64,000 nucleotides of DNA from a virus, in IMG/VR virus record IMGVR_UViG_3300010366_000011, positions 1 to 64,000 of that record; one strand, written 5' to 3'. The notes under the pieces were generated by a model that saw only the letters and a program-made list of their open reading frames with translations, was not told where the DNA came from and ran no database searches. This document shows, piece by piece, positions 37,125 through 46,523 of the stretch (position 1 is its first letter; each line of letters starts with the position of its first letter). The translations under genes and the position numbers were made by a program.

Positions 37125-38630
37125 TCAGAACAGCCACCATTTCCAGGTCGGGGCGGCGGCGCCGGTCCAGGAAATCGTCTTGCCGCTGGGCACGATGACC
37201 GTCCCCGAGGTCAGGCCCGTCACCACGCCGTCCACGGTGATGGCGGTCACCGTGCCGCCGGTAATGGTGACGGCGGCATCTCTCCAGAAGGTGTTCTGGT
37301 AGGCGACGGTGCTGGCGGGGACGGCGGGAGCAGTTACCGCGCCCTTGCCGGCCTGGAGGCTCTTGATGTCGAGGTTGGCGGCGCCCGTGACGATAGGAGC
37401 AAACGGGGTGTCGTTCGTCTGCAAGCCCACGGACCCATAAAGGCGGTTGCCCGGATCGTAGATGTGCGCCTGCGGAGCGAAGCCACCAGCACCGTCCTCA
37501 TAGTCGAGGACGTCGATCACGATCTTGCTGTAGGTGTTGCTGGCCGATACATTCAGGCAGACGGCGCAAGCCTCGATCGAGGCGTAGCCGATCCAAGCGC
37601 CGTGGAAGCTGGTCCCATCCTGGCAAAAGATGCCATCGGCGCAGTAGATGGCACGCATCGACTGGATGCAGGTGTGCTCACCCACCAGAATCGGAAAGTA
37701 GGCGCCCTCGCATGAGTACCAGACACCGTTGCAGTTGTCGTTGTTGCCCGTCTGGGGCATCCCCAGTCCGAACTGCCATGTGTGGGCTGGTATGGTGGCC
37801 GTGGGTGGGTTCTGGTCCGCCTGGCTGCCCAACCTCCCGAAGTTGAACTCCGCGAGGCAGCGGGCATCGAGGCCGGAGACCGTGGAGTTGGCTGGATAGA
37901 CGAAGGCAATCCCGTCGATGTAGAGCAGCATGTTGGAGAAGAGCGGATCGCTGATGCTCCACGATGGCCCGTAGCCTTCGGCCGGGGTCGGGCCGCCAAG
38001 GATGGATGCCTCTCCGAAGCCGCTGAGCGTGATGCTCACGCCCGTGGCGGTGGCGGTCGCATTCTGGCTCAGCGTGACCTGCGTCGCCGACTGGCGGGAA
38101 GCTATCCAGGTGCCCAGGGGGATCCCAGCACCGGTGACGTAGCGCCCGATGTCCGTAGCGACGAAGGCCGCAGTGGCGCTGGTCACCACGGCCGAGTTAT
38201 TGGTGGTCACTCCATTGTTGAACGTGCGCCCGCTGGCGTCGTTGGAGCCGTCGGTCCTCGTTGTCTTGAAGACCGTCCCCGACTGCTGGGTGACCGTCTG
38301 GTGCCAGTGGGGAAGCGAGGTCGCATCCCCGGCGCCCACCAGCTCCAGGACGAACTTCTGCCCCGTGACCGGCATGATCGGCAAGGGCACGATCGCATTG
38401 CCCCGGGTCGCTCCGCCCTGGACATAGGACCCGTTGAGCATGTAAATACCGGCCGGGAAGAACAGCCGGGCGAAGTAGGTCCCGTTGGCGATTCCATTGG
38501 CGACCTCGGTGGAGATCGCGTTCCACAGGGCCGCGCTGTCGTCGGTGGACCCGTCTCCCTTGAGGTTGTAGGCGGTCTTGGCGTTGACCCCAGCGGACAG
38601 GGTCGCGGAGGATGGCACCGACAGCCCCAC
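37125..38630 (-). CDS. Pectate-lyase-like beta-helix fibre/tailspike protein
   Basis: YNLKGDGSTDDSAALWNAI..LFFPAGIY..LELVGAG; GTG at 38630. Confidence 0.8.
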   Translation of the reverse strand: MGLSVPSSATLSAGVNAKTAYNLKGDGSTDDSAALWNAISTEVANGIANGTYFARLFFPAGIYMLNGSYVQGGATRGNAIVPLPIMPVTGQKFVLELVGAGDATSLPHWHQTVTQQSGTVFKTTRTDGSNDASGRTFNNGVTTNNSAVVTSATAAFVATDIGRYVTGAGIPLGTWIASRQSATQVTLSQNATATATGVSITLSGFGEASILGGPTPAEGYGPSWSISDPLFSNMLLYIDGIAFVYPANSTVSGLDARCLAEFNFGRLGSQADQNPPTATIPAHTWQFGLGMPQTGNNDNCNGVWYSCEGAYFPILVGEHTCIQSMRAIYCADGIFCQDGTSFHGAWIGYASIEACAVCLNVSASNTYSKIVIDVLDYEDGAGGFAPQAHIYDPGNRLYGSVGLQTNDTPFAPIVTGAANLDIKSLQAGKGAVTAPAVPASTVAYQNTFWRDAAVTITGGTVTAITVDGVVTGLTSGTVIVPSGKTISWTGAAAPTWKWWLF

Positions 38631-38631
38631 G

Positions 38632-38925
38632 TCACGCCTCCTTGCAGGTGAACGCCTGCCCCGTCGTCGCCCCGACGATGGTGACCGGCTCCTGGATGAT
38701 GTAGGAGGACTCCATGACGAACGAGGCCGGGTTCGCCGGGATGCGGATGCTGCCCTGCCCCTGAGTGGCCGGCGCCGTGAAGTTGATCCAGAGGTCCCCG
38801 GTCGAGAGGTTCTGGACGAACAGATAGGAGCGGTTGGCGTTGACCGGAGCAAGCTGCTGGGACGTTCCGCCCGTAGCGATCGTGCCGGACCGGTCGGTGG
38901 AGAGGAGGCCGAACGGGTTGGGCAT
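38632..38925 (-). CDS. Small beta-sandwich virion (decoration-like) protein
   Basis: AAGGAGGAG RBS; NRSYLFVQNLSTGDLWINF. Confidence 0.7.
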   Translation of the reverse strand: MPNPFGLLSTDRSGTIATGGTSQQLAPVNANRSYLFVQNLSTGDLWINFTAPATQGQGSIRIPANPASFVMESSYIIQEPVTIVGATTGQAFTCKEA

Positions 38926-38936
38926 CGTCTCCTCCT

Positions 38937-39857
38937 TTACCGGACCCTGCGGTAGCGGTCCAGGGCGTCGGCCGCCAAGGTGAGGTTGTGCAACTCGGAA
39001 TCCTCGGAGCCCTGCACCATGCGGCCCGACTGCATGGACTCGAGCACGATCGCATCCGATCCCCGGGTGCGAATCAGCGCCGTGGTCAGGAAGATCACGG
39101 CCTGCTTGACCGCATCCGGTATGGCCGAGACCCCCACCCCGGCGACATGGGGGTAGACCAGTGGGGGTGAGACCGTGATGGCGTTCCCCGCCACCCCCGT
39201 GACCAGCAGGCCCCGCTCCGTCGCCGCGGGCGTCCCCGTCGCCGAGTAGGTGCCGTCGTAGACCGTCAGGTGCGTTCCATTCGTGGCGTAGATCCCGGTG
39301 GGGTCCGCCACGGTGAGCACGCTGGCTCCGACACTGGTCGGGCTGGCGAGGATCGAGTTGGCGTAGCCGTTCACGTAGGTCCACTGGCAGAACAGCCGCT
39401 GGCCCGGTATGGTGATCGGGCCAAACTGCAGGGGGCCCTGGTTCGTGGTGGGCAGCCCGGCCACCGGCTGCGTCACCGTGAAGCCGTGCGTATCCACGAA
39501 GATTCCTGACAGGTCGGTGAGTGCCGAGACGGAGCTCGGCGTCGAGCCCGACCGGAAGTCCGTCACTGCAACGACAGGCCAGTTGCGCGGGTGGACGAAT
39601 ATCTCCCCCATGCGATTGACGCCGATCCGCTCGGTCTCCGTGTCGGTCGTCGCCCCGAGTACCTGATCGCAGAACCCGTCGGCGATTGACGACGCCCTGG
39701 CGATGATCTCCGCCAGCCTCGTGGCCTGCTCGAGGGCGGTGCCGCCGGGCATCAGGTTGCTCAGGTCAACGCCCGTGGGAGTTACCTGGTACTCGGCGAC
39801 CGTGATGTAGGGCGCCGGGGAGTAGGGCGTACTCACTCCGACGACGGGCGTCGCCAT
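38937..39857 (-). CDS. Head-tail adaptor/connector
   Basis: PYITVAEY..ARASSIADGFC..IPDAVKQA..LDRYRRV. Confidence 0.8.
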   Translation of the reverse strand: MATPVVGVSTPYSPAPYITVAEYQVTPTGVDLSNLMPGGTALEQATRLAEIIARASSIADGFCDQVLGATTDTETERIGVNRMGEIFVHPRNWPVVAVTDFRSGSTPSSVSALTDLSGIFVDTHGFTVTQPVAGLPTTNQGPLQFGPITIPGQRLFCQWTYVNGYANSILASPTSVGASVLTVADPTGIYATNGTHLTVYDGTYSATGTPAATERGLLVTGVAGNAITVSPPLVYPHVAGVGVSAIPDAVKQAVIFLTTALIRTRGSDAIVLESMQSGRMVQGSEDSELHNLTLAADALDRYRRVR

Positions 39858-40331
39858 TCAGACCTCCTGCGGGTTGACGAAGAACTCCCATCGGGCCACG
39901 GCCGGCAGCGCCCCGGTTCCCACCGTCTTTCCTCCCCACCGGCCCGACCGGTCGATGGTGAAGTCCCCGTGCCACACCCCGAGTGCGTCGCGGACCGCTG
40001 CCGGGCTTGTCGTGGTCCCGTCCTCCCGCAACGCGGTGAGCGTCACCGCCGTGGGGTCCCCCGGCGTCGTGACCGTGGACCCGTCGGCGTGCTGGACTGG
40101 TGCCATGATCCCCGTCCCCCGGGTGACGACCCAGGTCGTCGTTCCCTGACCACTCGTCACCAGCATGTCTTCGGCGTCGATGTGGATCGGGAAGCTTCCT
40201 GAGCCGGGGAACCCCGCCGCCGATGCCACCACGAGCGTCGTGGCCGTCGAGGAGATCGCACCCACCAGCACCGTGGCGAAGTAGAAGCGTGTCGTCACCC
40301 GCGCGACCGCCCCGATCTCGTAGGTGTTCAC
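39858..40331 (-). CDS. Putative virion protein
   Basis: NTYEIGAVARV..DPTAVTL..G.W motif; position. Confidence 0.65.
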   Translation of the reverse strand: MNTYEIGAVARVTTRFYFATVLVGAISSTATTLVVASAAGFPGSGSFPIHIDAEDMLVTSGQGTTTWVVTRGTGIMAPVQHADGSTVTTPGDPTAVTLTALREDGTTTSPAAVRDALGVWHGDFTIDRSGRWGGKTVGTGALPAVARWEFFVNPQEV

Positions 40332-42781
40332 GGTCCTCTCCCAGTCGAGTCAACAGGCGACGCTTCCCCAGGGGACCCGCTCGATGCCACCGCCGAGCCA
40401 ACCGCTGTGTCAGTGGCTACCGATACGTAGGCAGGCCGGACAACCGCCGTGGCCGTTCCTGCGGGGATGCTGCTACCCCGGATGATTGAGCGCAGCAGGT
40501 TTACAGCGGTGGTGACCAACGCCTGCAGGCCACGAGGGAACCCGCGTGACACCTTCGCCCCCAGCGTTGCGCTGGCGCTCAGGGGTTTCGTGAACCCCTG
40601 GACGACCGAAACCCCGGCGGCCACCGACCCGCTCAGTACTTTGGCCGGCAGACGCTGCACCGTCGGGGCCGTGCTGGCCGCGACGCTGAGACGCCTTGCT
40701 GCCTGCTTGACGACCTGGGTCGCCGTCGCCAGCGATGCTGCCAGGGTCGCCGAGAGGAACTTGCCAGCGCTGAGGGCCGCTGACGTGGTTACGCCAGCCG
40801 ACAGGCTCCGGGCTTGCCCCTTGGTGACGCTCGGGGTCAGGGTTCCCGAGACCGCCATCCCTTTCGCCGTTGACCGGCCCAGCGCAGGTGACGTGGTGAG
40901 CGCTCCCGTAGCGACCTTGCCAATCTGGCGGACCTGGCCCGCCGCCGTCGCCAGCGATGCGGTGAGCGTGACGAGGCGTGCCCGGAGCGCCACCAGGGCC
41001 GGGCTCACCGTCACTGTCACCACCAGCGACCTCGATGGTGCCTTGGCCACCGCCGGTCCCGCCGTGACGCCTACGGCGGTCACCTTGCCCACCTGACGGC
41101 TCATGGCCGGCACCGTGGTTGCCTGGGCGCTCCGCGCCGTCTGGGCCTGCTTGCTCATGGTCACGGCGCTGGTCGCTGCCGCTACGAGAGAGGTGGCAAA
41201 CCCTCTCGCCACCGAAGCCGCCGCGACGATGCTGGTTAGCACCCCCTTCCCGGCCTGCCGACTCACGGTGACTCCAGATGTCACCGCGGTGGCCAGTGGG
41301 TGCCCGGCCGACTTCGTGACCGCGGCTCCCGTGGACACCGCTGCGCTCCGCCCCAGCCCGATCCCCCGAGCGAGAGCCGCAGTCATGGCAACTGAGGCGC
41401 TCAGGAGCTTCGCCAGGCCCCGGGCGCCCAGAACGGGAGCGGCGGTCACGGATGCGGTGAGACCCTTGCCTGGCTGGCGCCCGAGTGCTGTTGCCGTCGT
41501 CACGCCTGTGCTCACGGGGTGGCTCGCTGACTTCGTGACTAATGGCCCGGCGCCTACCGAGGCTGCAAGAGATCTGCTCGCCTGACGGATGGCGCTGACC
41601 GAGAGCGAAGCGGCGACGGCAAGTGTCCTAGTCAGCCCCCGGGCCAGTGTGGCCGCCGATGTGACGCCCGGAGCGAACACCTTCCCGGCCTGGCGACTCA
41701 AGGATGGACCTGTTGAGACACCGGCGGTCAGAGGGTGGCTGGCAATAGACTTTGTCGCTACTGCCGTCAGCGTGGCTGCCACCGATCTGGCACTCGCCAC
41801 TGCCCGGGCAAGAGATGGCAGGGCAGCAAGCGCCACGCTGCGCACAGCGCCCGTCGACCGCCCGATCGTCGGTACCGAGGTCAGGTTGGCTGTCCGGACC
41901 GCTCCGGCCTGTTTGGTCACCTGGGGAGAGGTACTTGTTGCCGCTGATCGGGCGGCCCCAGCACTCTTCACCAGCGAGGGCCCCATTGTGGCCCCCACAG
42001 ACCGGCGAGCCCCTACCTGGCGCGCGAGCACCGGTGAAGCCGTGACGCTGGGAGTGAGGGTCTTGGTGAAGGTCTGCGCGCCGCCAGCGAGGATCTCCAC
42101 CACGACCATGTTGTGTTTCACGCTCGGAGCGGTGTCGTTGATCGTTACGACCGTCCCCGAATTGGTCGTGTTGGCGTTCTGCATCTGCACCCAGAACGCC
42201 TCGGCGTCGGTGGAGTTGGTGAGCACCCCGGAGTTGCCGTTGATCGTGGAGGTCTGGGCGGTGCCCACGGTCGGGCCTGTGGCGTTGGTGTAGTTGTACA
42301 CGACCCCGATCACCCGGCTCCCGGCCGCCGTGGTCGTAACCGATTTCGACGGCAGGGTGGCACTCGTCTGGGGATCTGTAGCCGTCGCGCCGTTCTGGGT
42401 GGTGGCGGCCCCCGTGAACACGATGGGCAGGATGAGGCTGTCGGGGTTCGCCGTCGCCCCGCTGTTCTGGGTGAAATTCGCCGTTACGGTCATGTTGGTC
42501 TGCGCCGAGGGGCACGAGGCGTACCACACCTCGCAGCTCCCTCCGACGTTGCCGGTCGAGAACGTGTTCGACCGAGCTCCCGTGATGAGCGCCCACGTGA
42601 GGTGACTGCCAAGGCTGTCCGTCATCGACGACACGGACTGGGAACTGGTCGAAGGACCTCCGACACCCACACACACGACGATGACCGAGTTCGCCGGGGG
42701 ACTGAAGGTGTTGGACGTGATCGAGGTCGCGGGGGCCACGCCTTTGGCGGCCGGGGTCGACGCATCGATGGTGAGAGCCAC
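40328..42781 (-). CDS. Fibre-like protein: N-terminal beta domain plus about 29 degenerate 18-aa repeats
   Basis: Periodic [KR]xLxAxVxxxPxLx[RK]xxG units, A/T/S/V-rich. Confidence 0.8.
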   Translation of the reverse strand: MALTIDASTPAAKGVAPATSITSNTFSPPANSVIVVCVGVGGPSTSSQSVSSMTDSLGSHLTWALITGARSNTFSTGNVGGSCEVWYASCPSAQTNMTVTANFTQNSGATANPDSLILPIVFTGAATTQNGATATDPQTSATLPSKSVTTTAAGSRVIGVVYNYTNATGPTVGTAQTSTINGNSGVLTNSTDAEAFWVQMQNANTTNSGTVVTINDTAPSVKHNMVVVEILAGGAQTFTKTLTPSVTASPVLARQVGARRSVGATMGPSLVKSAGAARSAATSTSPQVTKQAGAVRTANLTSVPTIGRSTGAVRSVALAALPSLARAVASARSVAATLTAVATKSIASHPLTAGVSTGPSLSRQAGKVFAPGVTSAATLARGLTRTLAVAASLSVSAIRQASRSLAASVGAGPLVTKSASHPVSTGVTTATALGRQPGKGLTASVTAAPVLGARGLAKLLSASVAMTAALARGIGLGRSAAVSTGAAVTKSAGHPLATAVTSGVTVSRQAGKGVLTSIVAAASVARGFATSLVAAATSAVTMSKQAQTARSAQATTVPAMSRQVGKVTAVGVTAGPAVAKAPSRSLVVTVTVSPALVALRARLVTLTASLATAAGQVRQIGKVATGALTTSPALGRSTAKGMAVSGTLTPSVTKGQARSLSAGVTTSAALSAGKFLSATLAASLATATQVVKQAARRLSVAASTAPTVQRLPAKVLSGSVAAGVSVVQGFTKPLSASATLGAKVSRGFPRGLQALVTTAVNLLRSIIRGSSIPAGTATAVVRPAYVSVATDTAVGSAVASSGSPGEASPVDSTGRGP

Positions 42782-42890
42782 TGGTCAGGGCCCCCGGTGA
42801 AACGAGTCCCGGTCGGTGCCTTCAGGATCCGGTCGGTGAACCAGCCAATAAAGGAACCAGCGGAGTTTCCAGACGAGCGCGCTCATTTGA

Positions 42891-43538
42891 TTAAGAAACG
42901 CTAACGGTCCATGTGAAGCTGATCGAGTCACCGTTGTTCACATTGATCACCAGAAAGTCGGCCTTCGCGAGTAGCGATCCTCCGGTGATGCCCGTCTGGC
43001 CCGGGGGGTTGCCGGGAGCAACGTTGTCCGAGATGGCGATGGTGGCGATGGCCGAAGAACCGTTCTGCGCGCGCACGACCGTCAAGGCGGTGGTCCCGGA
43101 CCCGGCGGTCACCTGCATGACCTCGGTGCGGATCTGGATGTAGTTGTTGTTGCCAGGCGTGAAGGTCGCAGACGTGTTCAGGGTGGTAGCGGAACTGGAC
43201 CCCACCACCCCACCGGCTGCCACTGTGGCCTGCGCCGGCTGGGTAGTGGAGTCGGAGAGAGCGGCCTCCGTGATGGCTCGGGTGGCCGTGGCCGTCATGG
43301 TCCCGGTGACCCGGTAGGAGTCGTTGGTCGTAGTCGTGGTCACCTGCGAACTGGTCCCGGTGACCCGGGCCTCGGCCGACTCCGTGAAGAGCGCCACATC
43401 GGTGTTCGCCGCCGCGTAGGCGTCCGCTGGGTCCAAACCCCAGCAGAGGATCTTGGGCTCGGCCTGAGTGGGGGACGAACCGATCATGCGCCCCGTGAAG
43501 ACCTCTCTGCCCTTTCGGGTCACGACGGTAGCGGCCAT
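42891..43538 (-). CDS. Putative virion fibre-associated protein
   Basis: TVVTRKGR..AITEAAL..FLVINVNNGDSISFTW. Confidence 0.75.
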   Translation of the reverse strand: MAATVVTRKGREVFTGRMIGSSPTQAEPKILCWGLDPADAYAAANTDVALFTESAEARVTGTSSQVTTTTTNDSYRVTGTMTATATRAITEAALSDSTTQPAQATVAAGGVVGSSSATTLNTSATFTPGNNNYIQIRTEVMQVTAGSGTTALTVVRAQNGSSAIATIAISDNVAPGNPPGQTGITGGSLLAKADFLVINVNNGDSISFTWTVSVS

Positions 43539-43541
43539 GGC

Positions 43542-43904
43542 TTACGATCCTTTCTCCCAGCCGCGCCGCCAGGCGTCGGCGATCTGAGCAAGCAGGCTGC
43601 GGTCAGCGGTCTCGGTGGGCTTGATCTCGGCGATAGGTGCCCCGCACCTCTTGCACGCGTCCCGCCGTGGGTCGTTGGTGTAGCCGCAGTTCGGGCAGGG
43701 ACGCGTGAGACCGCTGAGCACGCCCATGTCGACCGTCACGGGGTCTTGGGCAACCAGAGGCCGCCCGCAGCGGCACATCCCCGGCCGCCTAGGGTCTTCC
43801 GTCCCGAAGCCACAGTCCTCGCAGCGCGACCGCCTGGTGACCGCGACCTCAAGAGTGGCGAGCCACTTGGCCTCGGCGAGGGCACCTACCTCGCTCTCGC
43901 TCAT
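43542..43904 (-). CDS. Double zinc-ribbon protein
   Basis: CEDC..CRC, CPNC..CKRC. Confidence 0.7.
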   Translation of the reverse strand: MSESEVGALAEAKWLATLEVAVTRRSRCEDCGFGTEDPRRPGMCRCGRPLVAQDPVTVDMGVLSGLTRPCPNCGYTNDPRRDACKRCGAPIAEIKPTETADRSLLAQIADAWRRGWEKGS

Positions 43905-44311
43905 GCCAGCGATGGTGGAGGTACCTCTGGCTCACTCGGCGCGGGTGCCGATGCTTCCGTCGCCTGTGCCAGTTCGCCAAGGGGCAGCTCGCCCAGGTCG
44001 GCATGCACCCGGTCGATGTCGGAGAAAGCGATCAGGTGGTCGATCGGCTTGCCGGGCCCGAAGCCGATCCCCAGGTGGGTATCGATCAGGATGACCGGGT
44101 AGCCCGAGATGGTGCGGATGTGGCCGAGCGGGTGATGGGCCAGCACCGTCTCACCAACCGGATTGCCGTCGTCGTCCTTCCGGTCGTCCTTCACGGCTTC
44201 GCCAGCCTCGTTCAGCACTGGCGTGAGGTAATCCCGGAACGTCACCACCAGATGCCCGCTCGGGCCAGCCTCGTCGATCAGGCTCTGGACGAATGCCCTG
44301 TCAATGCTCAC
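43901..44311 (-). CDS. Hypothetical protein
   Basis: GTG at 44311 overlapping the upstream stop. Confidence 0.65.
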   Translation of the reverse strand: MSIDRAFVQSLIDEAGPSGHLVVTFRDYLTPVLNEAGEAVKDDRKDDDGNPVGETVLAHHPLGHIRTISGYPVILIDTHLGIGFGPGKPIDHLIAFSDIDRVHADLGELPLGELAQATEASAPAPSEPEVPPPSLA

Positions 44312-44598
44312 TGGTTCATCGCCCGGGAGAGGTTCACTGCCGACGGACGGTCGGCCTCGGTCGAGCCCTCGGGCAGCCACCCCAGAGCCTCTGCGCACGC
44401 CCGGCAGGTGATGAACCGGACCAGGCGGCCGTCCTCGGTGGCCTCCTCCACCTGGTGGGTGTGGCCGTCCGGACCCCCCACGCTCAGCACATCGGTCGCG
44501 TCGACAACCTGCTTTCCGTCCCGCACGATCAGCGGACCGGACCTCTCCGCGATGTACCTCGTGGGGCGCTCGCTCTCAACTTTCGTCGGGGTGGGCAT
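44308..44598 (-). CDS. Hypothetical protein
   Basis: AAGGAG RBS, ATG at 44598. Confidence 0.65.
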   Translation of the reverse strand: MPTPTKVESERPTRYIAERSGPLIVRDGKQVVDATDVLSVGGPDGHTHQVEEATEDGRLVRFITCRACAEALGWLPEGSTEADRPSAVNLSRAMNQ

Positions 44599-44869
44599 CG
44601 GTGTCTCCTTCCATTCGGTCACATCTCAGGCACTGGCGGCCATGGTTTCCTGGGAGGCGGCGCCACAGCCGGGCGCCACAGGGGCACTGGTGAGTCGAGC
44701 GCCGGGTGTAGGGATTGAGCGCCGCCCGGAAGCACCCGCCAGCGAGCATGATCCGCTCGTGCTCGCGGTTCTCCACGACGACCGCCCCGCCGCCGAACGG
44801 CTGGTGGTAGCGGGTGCCCCCGACCTCCATCTCGATCGCTCCCCTGTCGGGAGCCATGATGCGGGTCAT
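44576..44869 (-). CDS. Hypothetical Zn-ribbon protein
   Basis: TGATG coupling; CPC..CLRC. Confidence 0.65.
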   Translation of the reverse strand: MTRIMAPDRGAIEMEVGGTRYHQPFGGGAVVVENREHERIMLAGGCFRAALNPYTRRSTHQCPCGARLWRRLPGNHGRQCLRCDRMEGDTDAHPDES

Positions 44870-45399
44870 CAGAGCTGGAACCCATAGGCGTCGGCAGCGG
44901 CATTGGTGTTGCCTGAGCCTCCGGCCGGCAGCGTGACCACGATGGCCGTGTTCACCGCGGACGCCGGGATGGGCTGGGAGAAGTGGACGCTGAGCGGGGA
45001 TGCCCCGACCAGCACCCCAGCAGGGAAGGTGAAGATGAACGAGAGCGTCCCCGTGATGACCCCCGTCACGGTGGCAACGACGGGGAGACCCGCCGTGGCG
45101 CCCGAGGCGGTGAGGATGAACCCGTTGATGTAGGTCGTCTTCCCGGCCGCCGCAGCGAGCGTGGCGACCGCGCTGGCATTCGCCACATTGCCCGAGGACG
45201 CGGTGATTGGGGTACCGGTGGCCACCTGTGCCGCCATCGTGGCGATAGTGCAGGTGCCGTCACCGTTGTCCGTGACCTTGTAGACGTTGCCGGCGGCGTC
45301 CGTCAGTGCGATGAGCGGAGAGTCGGGGGCACCGTTCTGGCCGGTGAGGAAACTGCCGATCAGGTTGCCTTCGGCCTTAACGCGTGAATTGAGGCCCAT
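44869..45399 (-). CDS. Putative capsid decoration protein
   Basis: AGGAGG RBS; Ala/Thr-rich beta protein directly after the capsid gene. Confidence 0.7.
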   Translation of the reverse strand: MGLNSRVKAEGNLIGSFLTGQNGAPDSPLIALTDAAGNVYKVTDNGDGTCTIATMAAQVATGTPITASSGNVANASAVATLAAAAGKTTYINGFILTASGATAGLPVVATVTGVITGTLSFIFTFPAGVLVGASPLSVHFSQPIPASAVNTAIVVTLPAGGSGNTNAAADAYGFQL

Positions 45400-45566
45400 C
45401 TATGCCTCCTAAGGGAGAGGATCGAGCGGCGGTCACGAGAGTCAACGGAGCAGTCGGCGCCTGAGCGTTTGTGAAAGTTTCTTCACACTGCAAAACCAGC
45501 GCTAACTCTGTCGGTATCTCTTCGTAAACTTGGGATTACCAACCTACGGAAAGGGACCGGGGAGAG

Positions 45567-46103
45567 ATGGACGCCGCATCGAAAGTGTGCACTGGCTGCG
45601 GCCAGGTCAAGCCCCTAACCGACTATGGGAAGCGGGCAGCATCGAGGGACGGCCTTCAATACAAGTGCAAGTCGTGCGTCTCAACCTACGGCGCCAGCTA
45701 CTTTCAGCAGAACAGGGAACGGAAAGCGGAGTACCAGCGAGCATGGGTCGAGGCAAACCGAGACCGACACAATGCCAGAACTCGGCAGTGGTACGCGGAA
45801 CATCCCGGTCGCCAGGTGATTGTCCACCGCAAGTGGCGCTACGGACTCAGCGAGGAGGAGTACAACCGCCTCTGGGAAGCTCAGGGAGGCACCTGTGCTA
45901 TCTGCGGAGAACCGGATCCTGCACGTCACACGCTGAGCGTGGACCACGACCACGCCACAGGCGCGATCCGAGGTCTGCTCTGCACCAAACACAACTCAGC
46001 TCTCGGATTGCTCAACGATGACCTTGAACTGGTGGAGCGGGCAGCGGCCTACCTGCGCCGCTACGCCGCTCCACCAGCAACCATCAACGAAGCGGCGGGC
46101 TAA
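45567..46103 (+). CDS. Free-standing Endonuclease VII-family homing endonuclease
   Basis: KVCTGC..CKSC; YGLSEEEY..QGGTCAIC..LSVDHDHATGAIRGLLC..N; antisense to the late operon. Confidence 0.9.
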   Translation: MDAASKVCTGCGQVKPLTDYGKRAASRDGLQYKCKSCVSTYGASYFQQNRERKAEYQRAWVEANRDRHNARTRQWYAEHPGRQVIVHRKWRYGLSEEEYNRLWEAQGGTCAICGEPDPARHTLSVDHDHATGAIRGLLCTKHNSALGLLNDDLELVERAAAYLRRYAAPPATINEAAG

Positions 46104-46231
46104 GTGTTCGCCGCTCCGTAAGTCGGTCTGATTCCTTGGATACTGCCTGAGAACAATGGGGCATACGCCGTGAGTGCTCCGAAAGCGTACGTGCTCACGT
46201 CCCAGGTGAACTGCACTGTCGGCCACGCGAT
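46100..46231 (-). CDS. Major capsid protein, exon 2 (43 aa)
   Basis: IAWPTVQFTWDVSTYAFGALTAYAPLFSGSIQGIRPTYGAANT*, a capsid-like C-terminus in frame after splicing; absent from the ORF track. Confidence 0.88.
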   Translation of the reverse strand: MAWPTVQFTWDVSTYAFGALTAYAPLFSGSIQGIRPTYGAANT

Positions 46232-46523
46232 CTGGAGGTTTGTTACCGCCAACGGCGGGGCCGGTCATTTCTGCCGGCCTCTCCCGGTCTCCCGGAAGCA
46301 CGGACTATACCTTCGCCCCAGTGGGGCGCCCCGTGCCTAGTCTCTGAACCTTCCCGTCGAGCAATCCTCAGGCGGGCTCGGCTGCTGATTGCCCCTACCG
46401 GTGCGTTCTTGAACCGTCGCGCTCACCCTTTCGGATCACGCTGTGGTCGCACCGTCTACCGGGGTGTCCCAGCAATTCTCGGGGTTTGTCATCCGCTTAT
46501 TACTAAGCGGCGGAGCCTAGTGG
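46232..46523 (-). ncRNA. Group I self-splicing intron, ORF-less, 292 nt
   Basis: P GAATTGCTGGGA (46467-46478), Q AATCAGCAG (46382-46390), R GTTCAGAGACTAG (46337-46349), S GAAGGTATAGTCC (46302-46314); exon 1 ends in U, P1 GAGU/GCUC, terminal G. Confidence 0.93.

Noticed and set aside
45567-46103. Endonuclease encoded inside the group I intron
   Set aside because: The intron core and 3' splice site end at 46232; exon 2 separates intron and nuclease, so the nuclease is free-standing
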